From the NCBI GenBank assembly GCA_965206695.1, contig CBDBKM010000008.1, forward strand, positions 32,001 through 96,000: a DNA stretch of 64,000 bases, read 5' to 3'. A model generated the notes under the pieces. The model saw nothing but the letters and a program-made list of their open reading frames with translations, was not told the origin of the DNA and ran no database searches. This document shows, one piece after another, positions 1-9,890 of this stretch. Position numbers and translations under genes: made by a program. The stretch's first letter is position 1. The number at the start of each line of letters is the position of its first letter. This DNA comes from Chlamydiales bacterium. GTDB taxonomy: Bacteria; Chlamydiota; Chlamydiia; Chlamydiales; JAAZZY01.

Positions 1-941
1 AATTGAGCAAACACTGAGAGTAATGTAATAGCCGTAGTAAAACAGGCTAAAGCCACAGCCAAGCTCATAACTATTCCGGCATATTGTCCTAGAATCTCAG
101 GGCCAACGGCCCCTAACAAAGCATCCGGGGATAAGTGTGCAAAAGTAGAGCTATTAAAAGCAGCAACAAAGCTAAAACCAAAATATATACCCCCTAACAA
201 CAGCATAGAAACAAGACTGGCTTTAAACATGGTTTGAACAGGTCGATCAGAGCCTTTATCTTCTTCATTACTGTTCAGGGAAGTCAAAACAATATTAGCA
301 AAGAAAAATGCCGCCAACAGATCCATCATGAGATAGCCCGTTGATAGTCCATAAAAAAACATCTGCCCTTTTGTTTCAGTTGCCACTGCCAAAGTATGAG
401 ATCCAAAAAAACCTTTTAAAATAACTACAACCAAACAAAATAGTAATAAGGGAGTTAATATCTTACCTAATATATCGATCAAGCTACGTTTTTTTATCGT
501 ACAGAAAAACATAATCACACAACTGATAACACTGAAAAGTATTAAGGGTGTAGATCCCAAATAAGGTTTTAAAGTACCAAATGACAAGGTTAAACACCTT
601 GGAATAGCCGCAAAAGGTCCAATCAAAGCCATAATCAAACAAATGATCAAAAATCCGGGAATTCTACCTATGCGATAAAAAAATTTCTTATAATTACCAT
701 CAAATAGAATCATGGCAATTAATCCTAATGCCGGGAAAATAAGCGATGTGAAACTCATCCCTAAAACAGCAAAAATATTATACTTTTTTGCATAGGCACC
801 TAATTGCAAAGGGAAAATAATATTACTTGCTCCGAAAAACATAGAAAAGATAGCAAGACCCACCGCTAAAAACTGAAACTTGTTTTTCTTAGATTGAGTT
901 TCTATTTTCTGATCAACGGCTTGAGTATATATCCGGCTCAT
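1..941 (-). CDS. brnQ: Branched-chain amino acid transport system II carrier protein (runs off window start)
   Basis: Manual translation from ATG at 941: MSRIYTQAV...LAVGLAIFSMFFGASNIIFPLQLG, and later GPFAAIPR and GYLMMDLLAAFFF. These are BrnQ-family motifs. Not in the ORF track because it is truncated by the window. Confidence 0.85.
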   Translation of the reverse strand, partial: MSRIYTQAVDQKIETQSKKNKFQFLAVGLAIFSMFFGASNIIFPLQLGAYAKKYNIFAVLGMSFTSLIFPALGLIAMILFDGNYKKFFYRIGRIPGFLIICLIMALIGPFAAIPRCLTLSFGTLKPYLGSTPLILFSVISCVIMFFCTIKKRSLIDILGKILTPLLLFCLVVVILKGFFGSHTLAVATETKGQMFFYGLSTGYLMMDLLAAFFFANIVLTSLNSNEEDKGSDRPVQTMFKASLVSMLLLGGIYFGFSFVAAFNSSTFAHLSPDALLGAVGPEILGQYAGIVMSLAVALACFTTAITLLSVFAQ

Positions 942-1194
942 GATGTGAACTTCCTATAATTTATTAACCCGGGAGTCGTTTTCTTAAATATTTTTTTATG
1001 GATTAGAACTTAATAATGCTCTTTTAAACAGAGAACACGATATAAGATAATCGGATATCCTCGATCTGTTTCAATACAAAAGTTTTGAAATAACAAATAC
1101 TTTGATCCGTAAAAATCCTTATAAGAATTTAACCAAAAGACAATAGCATAATCATCTTATTAAAGATAAATAAAACAATCAATTAAACCGGTAA

Positions 1195-1290
1195 AAGACC
1201 TCTGCATAACTGATTTCCGACAACGATTCTTGGCGCCTAATAATCAAAAAACGGCTTATTATAAAACTTATCAAAATAAATGAAAAATAA
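1195..1290 (+). mobile_element. Partial copy of an IS5-type-TIR miniature element (related to 39300-39469)
   Basis: AAGACCTCTGCATAACTGA...TGGCGCCTA...GCTTATTATAAAA.TTATCAAAATAAATGAAAAATAA matches the reverse complement of ~39355-39469. Confidence 0.7.
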
Positions 1291-1432
1291 ACCCTGATTA
1301 TACCAATCCGCACTTGTTCTGAAAATCGAGTTATATATTAAATTTGGCACTCAATTCCAACCAAAAAAAATTACTTAAACTATTTAGTATAAGATATTTA
1401 TATTTATATAAGCTTGACATTTCATCATGACA

Positions 1433-1485
1433 TGACTATATTTCACTGAAATACTCATATAGCATTGACTATATTTCACTGAAAT
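1433..1485. promoter_or_regulatory. Two 20-bp direct repeats, each containing the palindrome ATTTCA-C-TGAAAT; putative operator
   Basis: TGACTATATTTCACTGAAAT at 1433-1452 and 1466-1485; TTGACA at 1414-1419 just upstream. Confidence 0.5.
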
Positions 1486-1531
1486 TTTAACCTGATAGTA
1501 ATTACTATTTTTTTAATACAATATAAGTAGA

Positions 1532-2857
1532 GTGGAAAAAATGTATATTTTGAGGGAAAATGAAACAGAAACCTTTGAGTCTTTCGAAGGCAAGTTTATT
1601 AGTGCTTTACTTGGACCAAGGCGCGTTGGTAAAACAACTCTTGTAAAGCATTATATTGATACCTACCCGGAAAGAAAATGGGTGCAACTGAATATGGATG
1701 AAAGAAAACAACGACAACGAATCGCCAACGATGAATTGTTATTAATGATTGAAGAGTCTTCTCTGCAAAAAATTGGAGGCCAAGAAAAGCTCTGGGTCGT
1801 GGTCGATGAAGCTCAAAAATCTCCTGAACTATTTGATCAAGTAAAAATTCTCTATGATGAATTCAAAGAAAAAAACAAAATCAAGTTTATTCTGACAGGA
1901 TCTGCTCATCTCAACTTACATCAGCTAGCAGCTGAAACTCTCGCCGGAAGAGTTGATCTTTTAACCCTGAGAGAATTTAATGTGAGAGAAATCACTCGAT
2001 TGCTAAATAAAAAAATCTCTCTCGAATACAAAACTGCATTTCACCTAATCTTCAATTCGAAAAACATCGACTCTCTACAAGAGCTTTATTCCTCTATAAG
2101 ACCTTTTCAAAAACTACTATCGCAGGCATTAGATCAGCACCTAGTGTGGGGGGGGCTACCGGAAATATTGGAAATTGAAACAGAAAAAGGGCGTCTAAAA
2201 TATTTAAGTAATTACCTCCAAACATATTTAGAGAAGGATATTCGTGAAATTCCAAGTATCGGGGACCTAACCCTATACGAAAACCTTATGCAAGTGATGG
2301 CTGAACAGACAGGATCGATTAGGGATGATCAAAAAGTAATTAATGCCCTAAACTGCTCTAGAAACACAATACAAAAATACCAAGGATATTTGAATGCTAC
2401 TTGGCAATATATTGAAATTGAGCCCTACATTGGAAATACTTTAAAAAGACTTGTAAAATCCCCAAAAGGGTACCTCAAAAATAATGGATTGGTTAGCTAT
2501 TTTACAGGAATTAAAGAGTTCTCAATTCTTAACCGAACAGGATTGATTGGACATCGTTTTGAAAATTGGTTCTTAAATGAACTTTATTCATTCATGGATT
2601 CTCTCCATGAATTTCATAAGATTTATTTTTGGCGTACACACAGCGGTCAAGAAGTGGATTTTGTTGTCCAAATTGGACAAAAGATTGTTCCTTTCGAAGT
2701 GACGTATTCTACACAAGCTCTTCCCAAGAAAATTCGTAATTTAAAAGCCTTCTTAAATGATGACTCTAAGGCCGGTTTCGCTGTTTATCTCTACCGGGGA
2801 GCTTTGAAGTTCGATAAAGAAAATAAAATTTTATTTATACCCGCATGGATGATTTGA
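1532..2857 (+). CDS. AAA_14-type ATPase with C-terminal DUF4143 domain
   Basis: Walker A GPRRVGKTT, Walker B VVVDEAQ, motifs LTGS, LAGR, GGLPE and KSPK, C-terminal FWRT..GQEVDFV..FEV. Confidence 0.85.
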   Translation: MEKMYILRENETETFESFEGKFISALLGPRRVGKTTLVKHYIDTYPERKWVQLNMDERKQRQRIANDELLLMIEESSLQKIGGQEKLWVVVDEAQKSPELFDQVKILYDEFKEKNKIKFILTGSAHLNLHQLAAETLAGRVDLLTLREFNVREITRLLNKKISLEYKTAFHLIFNSKNIDSLQELYSSIRPFQKLLSQALDQHLVWGGLPEILEIETEKGRLKYLSNYLQTYLEKDIREIPSIGDLTLYENLMQVMAEQTGSIRDDQKVINALNCSRNTIQKYQGYLNATWQYIEIEPYIGNTLKRLVKSPKGYLKNNGLVSYFTGIKEFSILNRTGLIGHRFENWFLNELYSFMDSLHEFHKIYFWRTHSGQEVDFVVQIGQKIVPFEVTYSTQALPKKIRNLKAFLNDDSKAGFAVYLYRGALKFDKENKILFIPAWMI

Positions 2858-3281
2858 AATCGGATCCGACTGCAGCCAATTTGAACCATTTCAAGACATC
2901 TGCGCTTTGATACTGAAAGCTGTTCTTTTATCTCGGAGGAAACTGTGGGACGAGTTGAATTTGAACAGATTCAAACTATGGTCCCTGAAGACGGAATCAT
3001 CCAAGGTACATGATAGGCACTCGTTAAGAAAGCTCTAACCCTGTTGAAAGCCGGAACAAGATTCTACCGGAGCGCCGATAAACAGCTTGATAACAACAAT
3101 TCTATCGTCTACAGGATGTTGCGCAGTTCTTTCTCCCTATAAGAGAAGGGAAAACTGCCATTCAGTGACTGAAGAGAATAGAAACGCGTGGGTGATAATT
3201 CCGCACAACCATCTAAATCTCAATAGAATGGTAGCTTATCAAAAGTGGTATTGCTGATCGGTTACCATATCAATTTCCTCA

Positions 3282-3741
3282 CTACTTTAACTCTGCCGAG
3301 TTCGGACCCGTTTTAAAAAATGAAACATCCTTAGCAACAATCGAACGTGGAGTGATTTGCAGCATGACATTTAAGGGATCAACAATATTGCTTACAAACC
3401 CTTCATTCCACTGTTGGCTATTCTTTCCCAAATACTTCGAAACAAAACGCTCGAGGCGCTTACTATCGATATCACCGAGCTGTGCAGTGCTTCGTATGCC
3501 AACATGCCTAAGTACTCCGGTATCCGGGTCACAATCCACAACACCCACCGCACATCGAGATTCTTTTCGAAGCCTATTGATAATAACTATCTTCACCTGT
3601 CCCAAATATCCAAATACAGGCATCCTCCCAAATGAACCGGATCGGTGAATCTCTTGGATCACCTCGGTCAGATGTTGATAGATGAGCCATCCATGGCTTT
3701 TGCAGAACCTTTTCGGCATCAAAATCCTTCCCGGCAAACAT
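3282..3741 (-). pseudogene. Pyridoxamine 5'-phosphate oxidase-like (split-barrel flavin-binding) protein, frameshifted
   Basis: ATG at 3741 abuts the upstream TAA. It reads MFAGKDFDAEKVLQKPWMAHLSTS..PRDSPIRFIWED, then shifts frame near 3585 into RLRKESRCAVGVVD..HVGIRSTA..KYLG. Confidence 0.65.
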
Positions 3742-4307
3742 TTACTGCTCCTCAATTGCCTTTACAGCGGTAGCTTCCAAGCTTTGAACATAGCCGGTAA
3801 TATTCTCCTCCAAGTCAGTGGGATAGCCATACTCCAAATCAGAAACTGTTTCTCTAGCCAACTGACCAAATAATTCCATAACCCTTTTCAGCGCACCCCA
3901 ACCGGCTTCAGCCTCAAAATGAGGGAACACTTGATGAAGAGTTTGCCGGGAGTCTTTACCAACCCATTCTTGCATGCGCTTACCGATGCTGTTGGTTGTG
4001 TAATTCCAATCATGCTTTGACGCTTCGTTCCAACAGATCATTTTGATAAGAAAATTATGATGAATACCACTTAGTCGAAACTGCGCGGACCAAAGGTCCT
4101 GCCGGTACAGGTATTTTGCAACATGATAGATTTCGAACCAGAACTCCTTCACCAGATCGTGAAATTCCTGCTCCAATGGTCGCTGCTCTTTGAATCCGCT
4201 AAACGTCGGTTTAGGCATACCGCCTGTGAGATTATCCTACCCCATGTTATATTCTCATCAGGGAGGCTACCGGTTTTGGTCAGAGCATCCAGGAGTTCTA
4301 GTGGATA
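3742..4307 (-). pseudogene. Aminoglycoside 6-adenylyltransferase (AadK/ANT(6)-like), C-terminal half only, 5' truncated at IS630
   Basis: EFWFEIYHVAKYLYRQDLW..LIKMICW..GKRMQEW..YGYP resembles the AadK C-terminal domain; the N-terminal half is absent and IS630 abuts at 4308. Confidence 0.65.
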
Positions 4308-5246
4308 TATAGTCATTTAATTTTACATTGATAAGATTGCTTGATCAATGGCGAATTTAAAATTCGTAACTTTTCGTAATATCTCTCTAACTTTATTTTT
4401 CATATTAGCCCAATATTTTTCTATAGGATTTAAGTCCGGAGAATATGGAGGAAGAAACATAAGCTTACAACCGGCAGATTCTACTGTTTTCCTGCTTTCC
4501 GCTGACTTGTGAAAACCGGCATTGTCAAGAATAAGAACACTACCGGGTGTAAGCTGAGGAGTCAAAACTTCCTTAAGCCAAATATTGAATAACCCGGTAT
4601 TACAAGTACCTTCAAAACACATTGGAGATAAAAACTGCCCTTTAGATAGGGCTGAAATAATATTTTGCCTTATAAAGCGGTTTCCTGAAACCGCTCCAAA
4701 AACTCTTTTGCCGCGTAAGCTTCTTCCGGACTCACGAAATAAAAATTGATGAATCCCGGTTTCATCGAGATAAATTCTCTTGTCAAAGGGAATATTTTTT
4801 AAATTTTTCATAAAAGCTTCCCGTTTCTTTTCATCTCTTTCCTTATAGCGAGTAGTTTTTTTTTTCGTGTAATTTTTAATCTTTTAAGGGCATAAAAAAT
4901 CGTTTGCGGAGTGACTGAAAAATAATCAGCAATTTCCGATAAAAAATAATCCGGATGTTTTTCTACATATTTAGATAACAACTCATCATCTAATTTCTTA
5001 TAAGCATATTTTCTGCGGATTGGCTTTAAATGTCCTTTTTGCTTTTTTTGCAAGATCCATCGATATATTGTTGCGATACCTACTTGAAAAATATGGCCGG
5101 CTGTTTTTTTATCATGATGTTTTTCTATATGTTGTAATACTTTCTCTCGAAGATCTACTGAATAGGCTCTAGGCATTGTTTTGTCCTTACTGTTTGTATA
5201 AAAAAAGAAGGATAACATATTATCAAATAAAAATTAAAATACTATA
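4308..5246 (-). mobile_element. IS630-family element, copy 1 (apparently intact; ORFs 4808-5176 and 4323-4811 joined by a -1 frameshift at an A10 run)
   Basis: TATAGT-ended imperfect terminal inverted repeats, TA flanks, HTH ORF plus DDE ORF (YLDETG, LDNA, PPYSPDLNPIE). Confidence 0.95.
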
Positions 5247-5252
5247 TATATA

Positions 5253-5648
5253 TTGTCTATATGGAAAACCTCTAAAACAGCAGTTTTTAACCTTAGTTAC
5301 CATGTTATTTGGTGTCCTAAATATAGGAGAAAGGTTCTTGAAGGTGATATTGTTGTTCGTTTAAAGGAATTATTAAAATTAAAAGCTCTACAACTAAATA
5401 TAGAGATTAACGAACTGAATATTATGCCTGATCACGTACATATTTTTTTAAATACCAAGCCTATATATTCGCCACAATTTTTCATAGGACAACTTAAGGG
5501 ATATACAAGCCGAATATTAAGGCAAGAATTTTCAAGCTTAAGATCCGGGTTACCCACACTGTGGACACGGTCTTATTATGTTGATAGTGTTGGAAAATTA
5601 AATGAATATACAATCAGAAAGTATATACGGAATCAAAAAAACAAATAG
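5253..5648 (+). CDS. tnpA: IS200/IS605-family Y1 transposase TnpA
   Basis: YHVIWCPKYRR, HUH motif DHVH, LKGYTSR, LWTRSYYV, catalytic Tyr in KYIRNQ. Confidence 0.92.
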   Translation: MSIWKTSKTAVFNLSYHVIWCPKYRRKVLEGDIVVRLKELLKLKALQLNIEINELNIMPDHVHIFLNTKPIYSPQFFIGQLKGYTSRILRQEFSSLRSGLPTLWTRSYYVDSVGKLNEYTIRKYIRNQKNK

Positions 5649-5654
5649 ACACTT

Positions 5655-5696
5655 TCATCCCACTCTTAAAAAGGTGGGTTTTCTCGTTTAATTGTC
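5655..5696 (-). mobile_element. IS605-group left end (subterminal hairpin), preceded by a TTAT target at 5697-5700
   Basis: Minus strand reads TTAT|GACAATTAAACGAG-AAAA-CCCAC...GTGGG; AAAA guide at the hairpin foot fits a TTAT cleavage site under the IS608 pairing rules. Confidence 0.7.
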
Positions 5697-5825
5697 ATAA
5701 AAAACATCGATACATCAAACCTAACTTCTAAGACTATCCCTTTCTTGCAAATTATAAAGACTATAAATTTATGGCCTAAAATCGTTTTATGACGTATTAA
5801 GTGAATCTATAAGGAGTCTTATAAT

Positions 5826-6626
5826 ATGCCTATAGCTGCGCTTGGTAACATTAATCTATTTTATGAATTTAAAGGTCAGGGTTTTCCTTTAATTCTTATT
5901 ACCGGATTTAGTAATGAACATAGCCGATGGGCACCTATCATAGATTCTCTTACCACTCATTTTCAGGTACTTGTTTTTGACAATAGAGGATCCGGGAGAA
6001 GCGATATACCTGATGAACCTTATCGTATTGAAGACATGGCAGACGACCTATTCAATCTCATGGATACACTAGGTATTGAAAAAGCACATATTTTGGGACA
6101 TTCAATGGGTAGCTCTATCGCCCAGTCATTTGCTCTTAAATATTCGAAAAAGGTTGAAAAACTGATCTTATGTGCAACTTTTACTAAAATAGCCCCGGCT
6201 CGAGCGTTATTTTTTAAAACAACCTATCGCCTCATCCAAGATAAGATTGATCCCAAAAAAATGCTTGATCTCATTATCTCTTGGGCTTTCTCAGATGAGT
6301 TTATTAGCCACCCTGAAAAGGTACAGGCTATACGTGATAATTCCCTCTCTAACCCTCATCTTTTTAATGAGATAGGTTATAGAAGGCAAATGGAAGCCAT
6401 TTTAACCTTTAATTCAATCGATGTATTGAAAAAAATTTCTCCCTCTACTCTTGTCATAACCGGAGAAGAAGATATTTTAACTCCTCTAGAAGATGCAGAA
6501 GTTATCGCCAACAATATTCCTAATGCGCAACTTGAAGTAATTCCTAAAGCAGCTCATGATCTTATATCAGAAGATACAGATGCCTTTTTAAAAATCCTTT
6601 TGGCATTTTTAGAAAACAATAAATAA
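5826..6626 (+). CDS. Alpha/beta-fold hydrolase
   Basis: DNRGSGRS, nucleophile elbow GHSMG, GEEDILTP, AAH. Confidence 0.9.
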   Translation: MPIAALGNINLFYEFKGQGFPLILITGFSNEHSRWAPIIDSLTTHFQVLVFDNRGSGRSDIPDEPYRIEDMADDLFNLMDTLGIEKAHILGHSMGSSIAQSFALKYSKKVEKLILCATFTKIAPARALFFKTTYRLIQDKIDPKKMLDLIISWAFSDEFISHPEKVQAIRDNSLSNPHLFNEIGYRRQMEAILTFNSIDVLKKISPSTLVITGEEDILTPLEDAEVIANNIPNAQLEVIPKAAHDLISEDTDAFLKILLAFLENNK

Positions 6627-7606
6627 TGAATATTATTCTTATTCAAGAAAAGCTCAAGCAAAAAGAAATTAAGGGACTGAAAGAAGAGTTCCCTCAATAT
6701 GAAATCTTTTTTGTTGATGGAGTTGGTGATCAACCTATTTTCGATAAAAAGGATTGGAAAAGAGTTGAAATCTTATTTGGAAATAAATTTCCGGTTCAAG
6801 AACTTCAACAAACCGGTCAATTACGTTGGATCCATTCACCTACTCCTTATCTTCATGAAATATGCCAAGAGGAATTACGTGAACAAGGCACTATTCTTTT
6901 AAGTAATACAAGAGGATTTCATGTACAACAAATCAGTGAGTTTGTGTTAGGATCTGTTTTAAGTTTTGCAAAAGAGCTTTTTAACTGGCAAGATCTTCAA
7001 AAAAATCCGGATCAATTATGGAATAGCGATAAGAAAGAGCAAATCTGGACATTAACGAATAAAATCTTTGCTTTAGTTGGGCTAGGTAAAATCGGCACCG
7101 AAATCGCTCTCCATATGCAAGGGTTAGGCCTTAAAATCATTGGAATCAACCGAAAAGTCAGCTTTCATCCCTATTGTTCTAAAGTGATATCTCTTGATCA
7201 AATGGATCAAATTCTACCCGAAGCAGATATCGTATGTTTAACCTTATCCAGGCTAAAAAAAATTAAATATCAATTTACCAAACATCATCTTGAAATGCTC
7301 AAGCCCGGATCTATTCTAATTCTTCTAAATGTAGATGAAGTACTTAACATTGATGCTCTTATTGAAGTCTGTAAAACAGGCAAGTTTAAAGGTATTTTAC
7401 TCGATACCAATGGTATTTTGCCCATTGAAAAAGATTCCGGATTATGGCAATGCCCGAATATGATCATCACTCCTAACATAGCTTCTTATCCACACTTTGA
7501 AGAAAGAAAAGCTTTTGTAACATTCCTTTCAAACCTTAGACATTTCTCATTTGGGAACTTCAATGAGATGAAAAATATTGTCTTATCCGCTATGACTCCG
7601 AATTAA
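6626..7606 (+). CDS. D-2-hydroxyacid dehydrogenase family NAD(P)-binding protein (divergent)
   Basis: Rossmann motif VGLGKIG, ADIV, NMIITPNIA (the usual catalytic His is replaced). Confidence 0.75.
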   Translation: MNIILIQEKLKQKEIKGLKEEFPQYEIFFVDGVGDQPIFDKKDWKRVEILFGNKFPVQELQQTGQLRWIHSPTPYLHEICQEELREQGTILLSNTRGFHVQQISEFVLGSVLSFAKELFNWQDLQKNPDQLWNSDKKEQIWTLTNKIFALVGLGKIGTEIALHMQGLGLKIIGINRKVSFHPYCSKVISLDQMDQILPEADIVCLTLSRLKKIKYQFTKHHLEMLKPGSILILLNVDEVLNIDALIEVCKTGKFKGILLDTNGILPIEKDSGLWQCPNMIITPNIASYPHFEERKAFVTFLSNLRHFSFGNFNEMKNIVLSAMTPN

Positions 7607-7649
7607 CTCTTTCATCTATCAAGTTGCCTAGTGTATCTAAACCAATGTC

Positions 7650-8588
7650 TATAGTCATTTAATTTTATATTGATAAGATTGCTTGATCAATGGCGAATTT
7701 AAAATTCGTAACTTTTCGTAATATCTCTCTAACTTTATTTTTCATATTAGCCCAATATTTTTCTATAGGATTTAAGTCCGGAGAATAGGGAGGAAGAAAC
7801 ATAAGCTTACAACCGGCAGATTCTACTGTTTTCCTGCTTTCCGCTGACTTGTGAAAACCGGCATTGTCAAGAATAAGAACACTACCGGGTGTAAGCTGAG
7901 GAGTCAAAACTTCCTTAAGCCAAATATTGAATAACCCGGTATTACAAGTACCTTCAAAACACATTGGAGATAAAAACTGCCCTTTAGATAGGGCTGAAAT
8001 AATATTTTGCCTTATAAAGCGGTTTCCTGAAACCACTCCAAAAACTTTTTTGCCGCGTAAGCTTCTTCCGGACTCACGAAATAAAAATTGATGAATCCCG
8101 GTTTCATCGAGATAAATTCTCTTGTCAAAGGGAATATTTTTTAAATCTTTCATAAAAGCTTCCCGTTTCTTTTCATCTCTTTCCTTATAGCGAGTAGTTT
8201 TTTTTTTCGTGTAATTTTTAATCTTTTAAGGGCATAAAAAATCGTTTGCGGAGTGACTGAAAAATAATCAGCAATTTCCGATAAAAAATAATCCGGATGT
8301 TTTTCTACATATTTAGATAACAACTCATCATCTAATTTCTTATAAGCATATTTTCTGCGGATTGGCTTTAAATGTCCTTTTTGCTTTTTTTGCAAGATCC
8401 ATCGATATATTGTTGCGATACCTACTTGAAAAATATGGCCGGCTGTTTTTTTATCATGATGTTTTTCTATATGTTGTAATACTTTCTCTCGAAGATCTAC
8501 TGAATAGGCTCTAGGCATTGTTTTGTCCTTACTGTTTGTATAAAAAAAGAAGGATAACATATTATCAAATAAAAATTAAAATACTATA
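7650..8588 (-). mobile_element. IS630-family element, copy 2 (apparently intact)
   Basis: Near-identical to copy 1, A10 junction retained. Confidence 0.95.
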
Positions 8589-8817
8589 AAGAGACGCAAC
8601 AAACCATAACCCTTATAAGGGTTATCAGATTCCAACTTCTTGAGCTTATCAGCTGCGTAGTTAAAAGAGCAAATCTTGATAAAACGACGATAAGCATGAT
8701 CTAAGGGAATTAATTCTTCTAAACTGATCATTTCAATTTGATTCATCATACGTCTCCTTTAAAAAAAAAAGCATAACTGCTTTTTAGAAAAATATTCACT
8801 TAGACTTCAACAGGCTC
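8589..8817 (-). pseudogene. 5' end of an IS1182/IS5-like transposase truncated by IS630
   Basis: From ATG at 8749: MMNQIEMISLEELIPLDHAYRRF..GYGLLRLF; putative terminus GAGCCTGTTGAA near 8817. Confidence 0.6.
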
Positions 8818-9012
8818 AAAGTCGAAGGACAGCTTTATATGAAAGCTTTGTGCTTTAATTTGAACAAGGCCTTAAGAAGGATTGTGATGAAGTAGAGGGA
8901 GGGCGCACTATTATCTATCCTTACTTTTAAACGCTTCGTTTAACATTCTTATTACTCACTTTTCTTGTATTTCGCTTATCTCACATCCAATCATTAGTTA
9001 TGCAGAAGTCTT
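8818..9012 (+). mobile_element. IS5-family right-end remnant
   Basis: KVEGQLYMKALCFNLNKA C-terminal transposase fragment; ends in AGTTATGCAGAAGTCTT, the inverse of the terminus type at 39300 and 61715. Confidence 0.6.
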
Positions 9013-9191
9013 ATGTAAGGAGTAAGCATCTCGAGCCATTCTCTGCCTTTAGGTTCCTATCTTAATAAAAATAATTTATACTCCTATAAATAATTATAAT
9101 TTTTAACAGGAATAACGATTGATTTTCATATTCAATGTTAATATAATTATCCACCTTAATCAGGTCTGTTTTAAATAAAATTGATAAACAA

Positions 9192-9890
9192 ATGCAAAAA
9201 AAACGTTTAAGTAAAGCCTTAGCTGCTGCCGGTGTCGCCTCCAGAAGACAATGCGAAGAACTCATCTTTGAAGGAAAAATCAAAGTCAATAAGAGAGTTG
9301 TGAAAATCCCTCAGACTCTTGTTGATTGGGACAAAGATCGTATCGACTTAGATAGCATAAGAATTTTAAAAGAAGAATCGAAAGTCTACTATATGTTCAA
9401 CAAACCCCGTGGGTTTGTATGCTCGAATAATAAGGAAAAGCATAAAAAAATCGTATTCGATTTTTTTTCTCATAAATTACGCCTTTTTACTGCCGGCAGA
9501 TTAGATAAAAATACAACCGGCCTCTTAATCATCACCAATGATGGAGCATTTGCCAATAAACTTATTCACCCTTCTCAGAACATCCAAAAAGAATACCTTG
9601 TCAAAATTCCTATGATTATTTCTGATGGGCAACTGCAAATGATTAAAGATGGAATGAGAATCGAAGGTGTATTTGTCAAACCCTTGCGAGTAATCAAAGT
9701 AAGAAGAGGAACATTAAAAATCGTTATCATGGAAGGAAAAAAAAGAGAAGTGCGTCAATTGGTAGAAAGGGCTGAACTTAGCGTTAAAGAACTGACTCGT
9801 ATTCGTATCGGTAATTTAAGTTTAGGTAATTTGCCACTCGGAGAAAAGCGCCTACTTAATGATAGTGAAAAAGAGGCTTTATTTTCATGA
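9192..9890 (+). CDS. rluB: rRNA pseudouridine synthase, RsuA/RluB family
   Basis: S4 domain RLSKALAAAGVASRR, NKPRG, GRLD, EGKKREVR. Confidence 0.85.
   Translation: MQKKRLSKALAAAGVASRRQCEELIFEGKIKVNKRVVKIPQTLVDWDKDRIDLDSIRILKEESKVYYMFNKPRGFVCSNNKEKHKKIVFDFFSHKLRLFTAGRLDKNTTGLLIITNDGAFANKLIHPSQNIQKEYLVKIPMIISDGQLQMIKDGMRIEGVFVKPLRVIKVRRGTLKIVIMEGKKREVRQLVERAELSVKELTRIRIGNLSLGNLPLGEKRLLNDSEKEALFS

Noticed and set aside
1433..1485. Direct repeats as a mini-CRISPR or as IS630 ends (they share TGACTATA)
   Set aside because: Only two units with a 13-bp spacer and no cas genes; similarity to the IS630 terminus is limited to ~8 bp
3352..4320. Plus-strand ORFs 3352-3648, 3414-3635, 3682-3873 and 4123-4320, and the N-terminal part of ORF 3282-3755
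   Set aside because: Shadows of the minus-strand pseudogenes; the real N-terminus of the PNPOx-like gene is in another frame starting at 3741
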